Positions 22,101 to 33,580 of a DNA stretch of 49,903 nucleotides are shown piece by piece (positions within the stretch are counted from its first letter, which is position 1; every line of letters begins with the position of its first letter). The translations under genes were made by a program, and so were the position numbers. The notes under the pieces were generated by a model. It saw only the letters and a program-made list of their open reading frames with translations, did not search any database and was not told the DNA's origin. Origin of the DNA: Cyanophora paradoxa CCMP329 (taxonomy: Eukaryota; Plantae; Glaucophyta); NCBI GenBank assembly GCA_004431415.1, contig QPMI01000670.1, positions 1 to 49,903 of the forward strand, given 5' to 3'.

Positions 22101-23078
22101 GTCGCCGGCGGACTCGGAGCGCCACGTGGCGTCGCTCACCGTCGGCTTCTCCGTGCTCGTCGAGATGTACACGTTCGGGTCCCCCTGCCGCGCCTTGACC
22201 TGCGCCCGCGGTCCCCCGTCCGGCCCCGCCGGCCCCCTCCCGAAGGCGGGCGCCCCCACCTCGACGCGGAGGTGGTGCTCGAGGTTTGGAACGTGGAATT
22301 TGTAGAAGGCGTACTCGCCCCCCGCCACAGCCCCCGCCGTCGGCGTCCCCTCCTTGAGCAGCGTTGGCGCCGGCGCCGAGAGCACCGCTGCCGCCCGCCG
22401 CCTCAGGCCGGCGGGTGGGGGGGCGGGGAGGGGCTGCCGGGGGCGCCCACCGATCTTGGCGCAGCACTCGCGGTAGGCCTCCTCGAAGGTGAGGGAGCGC
22501 CCGTCGACGGTGCGCGTCGTGGCCGCCCGCGAGCGCTCCTGCTCCGCCGCCCGCGCCTGCTGCTCCTCCTCCTGCAGCTTCTCCTCGATGTACCGCAGCC
22601 GCTCCAGCTCGACCTGCCCGCCCGCCCCCGCTCTGCGCTCGCCCGGGCCCGCAGCGGGTGCGCGCACCTGCAGCTGCATGTTCTGCTGCGTCGCGAGGCC
22701 GCTCAGGGACCCCCGCCCTCCCGGCAGTCCCAGGTTGATGGTGAGCCTCGTTCGAGGGGCCGCACCGGCCGGCGGCGTCTCAGGCAGCGTCAGCTGCCGC
22801 GGAGAGCCAGGAATCCAGTCTTCAGGCTCCATAGGCGGAGGGCGCTGCGCAGCTGGAGCCGTCGAACGCCGCCGGGCGTCAAGCGCCGCCGCATTCTGCG
22901 CCGAGACACAATTGGTGGCGAGGTGGGGTGTGAACAGGGCAGCGTGAACCATCGAGGTGATCTTTTGCTGATGGACATCCTTTGCTCGGGCCTCCTGGCG
23001 GTCCTGCTGCGCCCGTGCTCGTAAGACTTGACGCTGGATCTTCTCCGCCAGGGCGGCGGGCATCGTCGTCCGCGGCAT
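19149..23078 (-). CDS. Uncharacterised protein with coiled coils and two tandem PPC (pre-peptidase C-terminal)-like beta-sandwich repeats
   Basis: Repeat 1: GEYAFYKFHV...VKARQGDPNVYIS...GYFYFGIIGY. Repeat 2: GQYKYYRV...VRSGDADL/FIS...GLFHIGVYGY. Ends ...NMLRVKKEAARLWTRAIKL*. Start codon uncertain (23078 or 23063). Confidence 0.65.
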
Positions 23079-23505
23079 TGCTGCTGAGCCAGTGCTAAGG
23101 CTGCAGCTGTACAGGGCGAGCCACCGACGCTCCGCGTCGCTAGCTAAGCCACGGCGGACACACCGGCTAGGGGTGCGGGCAAGGCCTGCCGACAAGGCAT
23201 ACGGTACGGAGCGCCTAGATCATGCCTAGCATTGACCGGCCGAAGCTGGAACACTCGCTGCGAGGGGGCCGAACTTTGCAATAGACTACCCCCCCAGAGG
23301 GCGGCCCCGCCGCGGCCGCGACAACAATCAGCTCAGCTGCTGCCATCGCAGTTAGATCTTCAACCCAGTCAACTCTAGCGAGTCCATTGCTACCCCCTGT
23401 CACGGCCCCTGAAGGCGCATCCTGCTGCCGACTCGGCAAGCTGGCCCCGAAGGCCGCATCACCTAAAAGAGCCCGCCTTACTGGCAGGCACACTTTCCCA
23501 GCCTC

Positions 23506-25648
23506 ATGTTCGACTCGTTGGGCAACGGGACAATCACCTACAGGTGCGCTGCAGCGCTCGCGCGGCCAAGCTGCGGGCAGTCTTGCTTCGCAACGGCTTC
23601 ACAGCTAGCGTCTAGCTGAGCGCTTCCAAGCCGCGGCGCCCCCCGCCCAGCTAGAGCTCCGCCGCCCGATTTGGCCCGCCGGCCGCCTCGCGAGACCCGC
23701 TCCACGGCGCCGGCGCCGACCTCCCCGCTGACGGGCAATCACCTGCAGAGAGATCAAGCATCTCCTGAAGTCCCTCGGGGTGAGATCCCCTTTACCGCGC
23801 CGCTGCCCGCCCCCCGCCCCCGCTGATGGCGGCCGGCAGCTCTCCGAGCTCACCTTCCAGTTCCTGGAGCTCGCCAAGACGCCCAAGATCCTCGATGTGC
23901 ACAGGAAGACGCTGCAGAACAAGCAGAGCGCCGCCGCCGGCGCCGGCCCCTCCTCAGTCAACACGACGAAGGACACCGGGGCCACGCTGGGGCTTAGCTA
24001 CCCCGGTGCGGCGGCGGCCGGGGCCGCGCGGGGGCCGGCCGGGGCCTGCCTGACGCGCGGGGGCGCGGGGCAGCGTTCATGGCGATCCTGAACGACTCGG
24101 CGATCCAGGCGAAGCTCCACTTCGGCGTCAACGCCCACGACGCGCACTTCAACACGAAGTGCTTCCAGCGCGCCATCTCCGCCGTCTCCTCCGGCGCCGT
24201 CTCGTGCGTCTCCCTTGGGCGCGCGCCGGGCCGGCCGGGGCGGCGTGCCGACGGCTGCGGGCGCGCGGGCGCAGGCTGGACGACGTGCTGACTGCGCGGC
24301 TGAGCTTCAACCTGTACCAGGGGGAGATCGAGGACGGGCTGCCGGGGCAGGCGAAGTACATCCGGTCGGCGCTGAAGATGGCGGGGCGGGTGATCGCGCC
24401 GAAGCGCCTCGAGGCCTGGCTCCGCTCCCTCAAGCCCATCATCCCCAACCGCGTCCAGTGCGTCCAGTGCCCCCGCGCCGCCCCGCGCCGCGCCGCGCGG
24501 TGCGAGGGCGGCGCAGGCTCTTCGAGTTCTTCGAGGTGCTGGCGCAGTGCGCGGAGCACGACGCCGTCTTCAACCCCGAGCTCGACGGCCCCCCCGCCTC
24601 CAACTCCACCCTCGAGAAGGTCACCGGCCTCTACAAGGTCCGCCCCCGCCCGGCCGGGCGGGTGCCGGGGCCGCGCGCTCACGGCGGGGCGGGCAGATGA
24701 CGGAGCAGCGGGACCTGATCACGGAGGACGAGCGGCTGGAGCGGCGGCTCGACCAGGAGTACGAGGCGCGGCTCGCCGAGGAGCGGGCGCTGCGGGCGCG
24801 GAACAAGCAGAAGGAGGAGTCGCAGTCGCAGGCGGGGGCGGAGGAGCCGCTGCTGACGCTCGGGGGGAGCCTGGCGCTGTACCGGGACATCCGGGCGAGC
24901 GTGCGGGAGTCGGGGCGCAACGTCGTCGCCTCGCGGGGCAAGCGGGCGCCCTCCGAGGGCCGCCTGCTCGCCGACCTCGCCTCCGACATCTTCGAGCGCG
25001 CCGTGCGCGCCCCCGGCCCCGGCCCCGGCCCCGGCCCCGCCCCGCCGCCCGGCGCCGAGCCGCCGCGCCGCAGGGCTGGTGGGGCGGGACCCCGAGGCGC
25101 CGGTGTCGCGGGCGTGGACGCCGCTGCGGGGCCCCGTGGACTTCAAGCGCGCCTGGTCCTCCGAGAACTTCAAGGGGCCGGCGCCCTTCACCTCCCGCGC
25201 CAAGGACGGGCGGGCGTCGCGCGCCTCCACCGCCGCCCTCCTCCGCCGCCACCTCCGCAGCGCCCCCTCCGGGCAGTACCCCTCGCCGCCCCCCAGCGCC
25301 CCCGCCGGCCTCGGCTCGGCCCCCGGGACGCCCATCCCGGGCCTCCGCCGCAGCTCCCACGCCGCCTCGCAGCTCTCGCTCGCCGCCGGCGGGGCCGCCT
25401 CGGCGGGCGCCGCGCCTAAGGTCCGCTCGGTCGCCCCCCGCCGGCCCCGCCCGCCGGCGCCTTCGCGGAGGAGGCGGCCGGCCCGGGGCGCCTGCCCTCC
25501 CGCGCCCCCTCCCGGCCCCACTCCCGCGCCGCGCCTTCGCCCTCCCCGTCCCCGGACCCCCGCCCCGGCGCCTGGGCGTCCCGCCCAGAGTCTCGTCTCT
25601 CTGCCTCGCACAGCTGACACTGGCTTGCTGGTTTGCGATTTTCAATGA
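23506..25648 (+). CDS. Uncharacterised protein with an EF-hand-like N-terminus and a coiled coil; both ends uncertain
   Basis: Spliced MFDSLGNGTITYR/EIKHLLKSLG (EF-hand-like), then LSELTFQFLELAK, AFMAILNDSAIQAK, YIRSALKMAGRVIAPKRLEAWL, LFEFFEVLAQC, ERLERRLDQEYEARLAEERALRARNKQKEE, all with GC3-biased codons. Confidence 0.6.
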
Positions 25649-26183
25649 CGCCTGGTTGGATTCGAAGCAAGGTTGGCGCGTGAAATTCAGGCTTCGGGCT
25701 GTCGCCGGATCCGGATCCGGACCTGGGAATCGGCCAGGCCGCCGGGCGCGAGGCCCGCGACCTGCCGCCGCAAGCGCCGCCGCGCCGGCCGCGGCCGCCG
25801 TACGCGTGCTCACATGCCAAGTTGCGCAACTTGCCGCCTGCCAACTTGCAATAAATTGCGCGCGCATCGATGCAATCGCGATGCATTCATATGCATGGGC
25901 TTTAGGTTGGGCTCAAGATCTTGGGCACAGCTTGAAGTGCCTGTACCCGGATGAACAGAGCGTCTTTTTGCGTCAGTTCCCGCTGCTTCACCGCCAGCAG
26001 CGGCTCTGTCCCGCATGCGCGTCCGGCGCCAGCTCGATGCATGCAGCATATTGATCTAATCATGCGTGAGCAGCAACCTCATCAGCGCTTCCTAGCGGAT
26101 CTGATCTAGAAACGTCGTGCAAGCGGTAGCCGCACCGCTGCTTGCCAGGAACGACAAGCTTTCTAGCTTAATTGGCAGCAGCG

Positions 26184-28480
26184 ATGCATCTCGGCGTCAA
26201 CGCCCCCGCCAGCGGCGGCGGTGTTTCCCACGCGCTTAGCTCAGCTGCAGAGACGTCACCGTGGGATGAGTGGGACGAGGATCGCGTGCGCGTCGCATAT
26301 CGTTTCCCTCAGACTAGTTAGCGTAGCAGTTGGCACGCTTCCTCCTCGAATCAATTTCGCTTCTTGTGCTTACGACGCGCGCCCCGCAGCGTGCGAGAGG
26401 CCGGGAGGCGGCGAAGAGGAGCCGTTTGCGAAAGAAGGAGCAGTTCATCGGCATGTGGCGAGAGCTCGAGTCTCTGAGAAAGGTGCGCGTGAGGCTGCAG
26501 TGAAGGGACCGGAGCTCATATGCATATGCATGGCTCATCACTTTCTGCGCAGGAGAATGCGCTCCTCCGACGGCGGGAGAATATAGCGAACGTTACATTT
26601 AACGTCTCGAGCGAAGCGGAGTTTCTCCGGCAGGTGAAGGGGGTTGGAGAGGCTCGGTCGAAGACCAACGACTCGATCTCGCACATCCTTGGAGAGGTGC
26701 ATGCCCGCCCTCACGGTGCTGAAGGAGAGGTGGGTGGGGGGCGGCGGAGCGCTTCACGGTGCTGAAGGAGAGGTGGGTGGGGGGCGGCGGAGCGCAGTTG
26801 TCCGCAGTGCTCCCACCAGTTGCGATATTCGAAATCAGGCTCTGGGTGAGCCTGACATGGCTGAAACTCCGACGCGCCGGCGGTGGTTCGCGCTCGCCAT
26901 GCTTGTACCGAAACCTCCCGCCGCTCAAGGGTCTGCGCAGCGCCGCCGGAGCCCCTGCTGCAGGCGTTGTACGAGAGCGACGAAGGCGTCGTCTCGGACG
27001 AGGAACGCGAGGTGAGCGCGCTATGCGTCCCCGTTGCCGGCGGTTCGATTTCGACCGCGGAAACCGACGCGCGCGCGACGCCGGCCGGCCGGCGCAGGCG
27101 ATGCTGGCGCACGTGGAGGCGCACGTCGCGCGCCTGACGGAGCTGGGGAACGACATGCGGCGGATCCGGCGGCACGTGGAGGAGCTCCAAAAGATCCGCG
27201 CGCGACTCGAGGGCGAGAACGCCTGGTTCAAAGAGTGGAGCGCCAGGGTGCGCCGCCCCCCGCCCCCCATCCACGCCCCGGCCGCCCGACCGACGCGCGG
27301 GGCAGGCCTCGGAGCTGTACCGCCCGGAGCAGCTGGCGCATTTCTTCTCGTGGAACGAGCGGCACTTGGCCGGCCTGCAGGAGCGCGTCATCGGCTACAC
27401 TTTCCCCGTGCCCAGGCACAGGAACCCCGACTCCCCATCGGGCGCCGAGGCCGAGGCGGCCGGCCACTCCCCGCTCCAATCGAGCGCTGCGGCGTCCCCG
27501 GACCCTGCTTGCTCCCAGTGGTGCGCCCCGCCCGCCTTCCTTCGCTTCTGGCCCGCGGCCGCCCCCGACCCGTGCCCAGGCCGGCCTCGAGCGCCTCCCC
27601 GGCGCCGCGCCCAGCCGCCGGCCCCTCGGCGACGTCGCCCACGGCGGCCAGGCGGCCCGCCCCCGGCGCCGCCCCCATCGCCACCTCCTCCGCCTTCGTG
27701 CCCCCGACCGGCGCCTTCTACTTCGCCGGCGGCAGGGGCCCCGCCCCCGCCCCCGCCCACCACTTTCACCAGCCCTTCTTCTCCGCCATCGGCGTACCCC
27801 CCGTGCACATGCACGTGCCCGGCGCCCACTTCCAGCCGCCCCGGTACCACAACATACCGGCCTTCGGGGCCCCCGTGGCCGCAGCCGGCCCCCGCTCGAG
27901 CTCGCCGCCGGGGAAGGCGCCATCGCCTCCGGAGCGGAAGCGGAGCGCGGGGGAGGAGCTCGCGGGGGCGAGGCCGGCGCCGGGGCCGCCGGGGATGGGC
28001 CAGGGGTTCGACCCCGGCCTCCTCCGCTCCATCATCCGCAGCACGGTCGAGCGCGAGGTCTCCACCCTCTTCCCGCACCCGCACCCGCCGCCCCCGCCCC
28101 CGCACCCGCAACCGCTCCCGGGGCCCGCCGCCGAGCACCCTCAGCGCGGCCTCCTCTCGCTGCAGCTGGACGCCGGCATGCCGCCGAGCCTCCCGCAGAC
28201 CCCCGACGAGAGCTCCTCCCCCTGCAGCTCCTCCAGCGGGCACCCCCACGAGCAGACCTTCCTCCCCCACCCGCACCCGCCCCTCCCCTGCGGCCTTGCC
28301 GCGGCGTCGGTGGCCGGGTGGCCGGTGCCGGCGCTTGGCGGCGCCGGCTTCGACGTGGGGCCGGGGCCGGGGCACCTGGCAGCGTTCGCACTGTGGTCGG
28401 CCGGCGACCTCGAGCGGGCCGCCCTGGACCTCCAGCTCGGCCTCGGCCTTCAGGAGCTCAAGCGGGAGCCCCGCCGCTGA
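26184..28480 (+). CDS. bZIP-type transcription factor with an atypical basic region
   Basis: Spliced ...WDEDR/RARGREAAKRSRLRKKEQFIGMWRELESLRK/ENALLRRRE; a second coiled coil LTELGNDMRRIRRHVEELQKIRARLEGEN; Pro/His-rich C-terminus ending LQELKREPRR*. Confidence 0.7.
26711..26795. repeat. Two-copy ~43-bp tandem direct repeat within a bZIP intron
   Basis: TCACGGTGCTGAAGGAGAGGTGGGTGGGGGGCGGCGGAGCGC at 26711 and 26754. Confidence 0.9.
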
Positions 28481-30782
28481 TCATGACCGGCCCCCGGCCC
28501 CGGCCCCGGCCCCGGGTGCCGGCGCCCCTCAGGGGTCCCTCGCGCTCCGTTGAATTCGAACCATGACCTGTACAGGATGGCCACGCTAGTAGTCGCGTCC
28601 ACCATCACATAGGCCTGCAAAGTGCATATCGTTTTGGATTTTTGGTTTCAATATGTCGTTGCACTCTGTATCAGTCATGATCACTGAGTACCATATTAGC
28701 TAGTACTCCCAACTGTACCGCAGTGCCCATGTGTGCCCTCTTTCGTTTTCGCCTAGTTCGAGGTTATATCGCCCCCTGAACAGTGCTAGTGTGATCAGCA
28801 GTGCTAGAGGTAGCTTATGTTGCTCTCGTACCTCACAAATCGGTTTCCAGCTGCAGGCCCTGAGGCCCTGAGGACCGCAGAGTGATCTCGCATAGCTCAT
28901 TTCACAAAACTATGTTGAAAGAACAAACTTAAGCTTGAAAACATAGAGCACGTTCTGATCGCCGCTGAGCATATGCATGCCATGATTGCAAGCGAGCCGC
29001 TGATCATGAGCTGCAGCCGCTGATCACTATTAATGGCTGTCGAGGACGAGCTCGAGCGCGACGACAGTGAGTGATCGGTCTTCCGGGGACGGGTACGGGT
29101 AACAACGGGTCCTAACACGCGCGCTTTCACGCCGTGACGACCAGCTCAAGCTCAAACTTGAAACGACTCTCACAAGCCAGCAGATTTTGAGCCTGCAGAA
29201 TTCGAATGAGCCCGGACGTTGCACATGCCGGCGGCGCCGGCGCTGACGGAGATCCAACCGCGGGAAGCGCGAGAGCTCGGCGTGCGAACGTTGGACGACG
29301 CTGGCGTTCGCCCTGGCCACGATAGGGCTGGTGCGAACGTAGTAGGTTGAACTTCGCCAGGCTGTCGAAACAAGCGACGCAGGCGCTGGGTTTGGTCATT
29401 GGATATCGGGGCCGCTATCGTACGCTGCCGTTCAACGATTGGGGGTGCGTACGATTGGGGTTCAACGTTATTGGAAACGGGGTAGGGCCCCCGTTTTCGG
29501 TAACTTACAAAATGACGAGTCTGCTCATCTCCCGATCCAGCTCCGAGCTCTTAACCACGTGTTAGTGCATGCATGAGAGCCCGGAATTCGTTGTCAGAAC
29601 CCGGAAAGAGCGGAATGCTGTGCGGAAAAAAGGACCGGACCCTTTCCTGGACTATCCCTTGCAGCGCCTGATCCTGTGGTCGTATAGAGGCCGGACCAAG
29701 TGCATAAGAAAGCTCTTGCGATGCTCGACAGAGCATGTCATACATGCCAGCGCTCGGGAAGCAGCGCGTGGCGCGCTAGGCCGCATCAAGTACCTGTTGT
29801 ACCGAACGCGGAAAAAAATGGCTCCTGCGAGTTGGATTTTTTCGAGTCTCGAGGACCACCGGGTACACATACGCACAATTTAGCCGTCAACCTAGCCGAC
29901 AGGTTCGCTAGCTGGCCAGCGTAGCTAGCTATAGCTGAGCTCCGGCTAGCGGCTTGCTGGACTTGCGCGCGAGGCGTCGACGTCACCAGCGCGCTAGCAC
30001 TGCCTAGCAGTGCACTGCGGCAGGCGCCGGTAGTGCGGGCGCGGCGCGGCGCCGGCAGTGCGGGCGCGGCGCCGCGCCGGCCGGCGGCAGTTGGCACTGA
30101 GACCGGCGATCGCTTGCACAGGAGCTGCTTCAAGTTCGTCGCACCAGCCAACGCCAACGCCTGCAGTGCGTGCCCGCCACCCGTAGCGCTGCGAGCTTGC
30201 TCGCATAGAGATTCTCTATTCAATTGGATCGCTAGATCTGCCCCGCGCATAGAGCGTTCTCATTGCTCGGCGATCGCTTTGTGTTCGGCGCCATACCCAG
30301 CGAGTCCGACCTCTAACAAAGAGCTGCTGGGCCGGCGATCGCTTCTGGGTTCTCAGTTCTAACGGTCGCCGCGGGCTTGACGTCCACCGCCTTCTCATTG
30401 GCCAAGCGATCGCTGATTTTCGGTGTCTTATGCCCGTGTCCGCAGCATGTCGACCCTCGGAGGGCCCTCTTTGGGGAGGAAGAGATGGAGTGGACCTCCA
30501 GCTCATCTCCCAACCCCCTTCCCAAGGGCGGCGTGGCGGTGGGTTGCCTCGGGGGCGGCCTCGGGCGCAGCATGGCAAGTGGCGGCGCTCGCTCCGGCCA
30601 TGAGCTTGTCCCCGCCCCTCCCCCTCCCCCCGGCCCGGCCCCTCCCCCCGGCCCGGCCCCTCCCCCCGGCCCGGCCCCTCCCCCCGGCCCGGCCCCCGGC
30701 CCGGCCCCTCCCCCCGGCCCGGCCCCTCCCCCGGCCCGCCCCTCCCCAGGCCCCGCCCTCCCCTCCTCCCGGCCCGAAGGCG

Positions 30783-31885
30783 GGAGGCGGCGCGGGAGGC
30801 GGCGCGGCGGGCGGCGCGGCGGGCGGCGCGGCGGGCGGCGCGGGGGCGGCGCAGCGGGCGGCGCGGGAGGCGGCGCGGCGGGCGGCGCGGCGGGCGGCAC
30901 GGCAGGCGGCGCGGCGGGCGGCGCGGCGGGCGGCGCGGCGGGCGGCGCGGCGGGCGGCGCGGCGGGCGGCGCGGGGGCGGCGCAGCGGGCGCGGCGCGGC
31001 GGGCGGCGCGGCGGGCGGCACGGCAGGCGGCGCGGCGGGCGGCGCGGCGGGCGGCGCGGCGGGCGGCGCGGCGGGCGGCGCGGCGGGCGGCGCGGGGGCG
31101 GCGCAGCGGGCGCGGCGCGGCGGGCGGCGCGGCGGCGGCGCGGCGGCGGCGCGGCGGGCAGCGCGGCGGCGCGGGGGGCGGCGCAGCGGGCGGCGCGGCG
31201 CGCGGCGCAGCGGGCGGCGCAGCGGGCGGCGCGGCGGGCGGCGCGGCGGGCGGCGCAGCGGGCGGGGCGGCGGGCGGGCGGCGGGCGGCGCGGCGGGCGG
31301 CGCGGCGGGCGGCGCGGGGGCGGCGCGGGGGCGGCGCAGCGGGCGCGGCGCGGCGGGCGGCGCGGCGGGCGGCGCGGCGGGCAGCGCGGCGGGCGGCGCG
31401 GCGGGCGACGCGGCGGGCGCAGCGGGCGGCGCGGCGGGCGGCGCAGCGGGCGGCGCAGCGGGCGGCGCGGCGGGCGGCGCGGCGGGCGGCGCGGGGGCGG
31501 CGCAGCGGGCGGCGCGGGAGGCGGCGCGGCGGGCGGCGCGGCGGGCGGCACGGCAGGCGGCGCGGCGGGCGGCGCGGCGGGCGGCGCGGCGGGCGGCGCG
31601 GGGGCGGCGCAGCGGGCGCGGCGCGGCGGGCGGCGCAGCGGGCGGGGCGGCGGGCGGGGCGGCGGGCGGCGCGGGGGCGGCGCGGCGGGCGGCGCGGGGG
31701 GCGGCGCGGGGGGCGGCGCAGCGGGCGGCGCGGCGGGCGGCGCGGCGGGCGGCGCGGCGGGCAGCGCGGCGGGCGGCGCGGCGGGCGACGCGGCGGGCGC
31801 AGCGGGCGGCGCGGCGGGCGGCGCAGCGGGCGGCGCAGCGGGCGGCGCGGGGGGCGGGCGGCGGGCGGCGCGGCGGGCGGCGCAG
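30783..31885. repeat. ~1.1-kb minisatellite, 12-bp unit GGCGCGGCGGGC (copy 1), preceded by an ~18-bp C-rich repeat
   Basis: Direct reading of the unit with variants such as GGCGCAGCGGGC and GGCACGGCAGGC. It produces the spurious APPA/RRAA/GGAA ORFs. Confidence 0.95.
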
Positions 31886-33580
31886 GCGGAAGGCGACAAG
31901 CACATGCACCCTTCGAGATCTGTGCGTTTCTGGGGAATTCTCGCCTCGATGGGGTCGGGTGGTATGCGCCGGGCACCACCAGCGCAGCCCAATGGACTGC
32001 GCACCATTTGTTGCGGTAGCAAAGGAATGGTTCCGCAAGCCGCTTGCGGCCGAGGAGGATCGGTTTGCCGACGCAGCTAGGCTAGATGAGCTAGTGGAGC
32101 GGTGCAAGCAGTTTGTAGGGCCTCAGTTGAACTTCCAGTGAGTGTAGAGGTCTTGAGAGGTTGCAATTTTGTTGACAAGTCAAATTTCGTCAATGTACCC
32201 CAGAGCCTTCGCTTTTTAGCCACCGAGCCCCAAGTTTGGGGGGGAATGAGTCGGGGGGGTACCCTGACCTTCCAAACTGAGGCGCGCGGCGTCGACGTAT
32301 ACGTACCGACGTCGACGTCGCAACTGCGGCGCGGATTGAAGGTCGCGCATTGCGCTTCACCGTGCGCGCGCTGTGCTCAGCCCCGCGGCGCCACGCCCGC
32401 CCCGCAGGCGACTTCGCCGCGCCCGCGCACGCGAGGAGTACACATCGCTGGCTTCATCGGCTCACCCGCGGCGCCGGCGGCGCGCTAGCTACACGCTTTC
32501 GCTTGTCCGAGGTGCACATCATCGAATTCTGCAGCCGTTGCCCCATCCTCGGCCGCTGTAAGGCGGCGCGCAGGGATTCGAGCTCTCAACCGGGTCTCAT
32601 GGCGTCGGCCGGCGGGCCCAGCGCAAGCACCTCTGAGTCAGTAGGTCCGTCCCGGAACCGCCCCTCGGTCCTGCCTGGGCGCGCTTTCTTCCGATCCTTC
32701 TAAAAACCGTGATTTCGGGGCGACATTTTGGCACTATGTTCACTATGCCCGCCGGCCATGGGCTCGAATCGGGCCGGGGTCTTTTTCAAGCGATCGCCGG
32801 CGCCGCGTCCGTCGTCCGGCGGTTCGCGCTAGCGATTGCCCCGGAGTACTCGGTACCAGGGCCTGGCGATCGCCGAAGCGATGAGAAGGCTCTCTGACCG
32901 GCGATCGCTTGCACAGGAGCTGCTTCAAGTTCGTCGCACCAGCCAACGCCAACGCCTGCAGTGCGTGCCCGCCACCCGTAGCGCTGCGAGCTTGCTCGCA
33001 TAGAGATTCTCTATTCAATTGGATCGCTAGATCTGCCCCGCGCATAGAGCGTTCTCATTGCTCGGCGATCGCTTTGTGTTCGGCGCCATACCCAGCGAGT
33101 CCGACCTCTAACAAAGAGCTGCTGGGCCGGCGATCGCTTCTGGGTTCTCAGTTCTAACGGTCGCCGCGGGCTTGACGTCCACCGCCTTCTCATTGGCCAA
33201 GCGATCGCTGATTTTCGGTGTCTTATGCCCGTGTCCGCAGCATGTCGACCCTCGGAGGGCCCTCTTTGGGAGGAAGAGATGGAGTGGACCTCCAGCTCAT
33301 CTCCCAACCCCCTTCCCAAGGGCGGCGTGGCGGTGGGTTGCCTCGGGGGCGGCCTCGGGCGCAGCATGGCAAGTGGCGGCGCTCGCTCCGGCCATGAGCT
33401 TGTCCCCGCCCCTCCCCCTCCCCCCGGCCCGGCCCCTCCCCCCGGCCCGGCCCCTCCCCCCGGCCCGGCCCCTCCCCCCGGCCCGGCCCCCGGCCCGGCC
33501 CCTCCCCCCGGCCCGGCCCCTCCCCCCGGCCCCGCCCCTCCCCCAGGCCCCGCCCCTCCCCCTCCTCCCGGCCCGAAGGC

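Noticed and set aside
1-28480. Numerous long Arg/Pro/Gly/Ala-rich ORFs overlapping or antisense to the genes
   Set aside because: Explained by stop-codon scarcity at very high GC and read-through of GC-rich introns.
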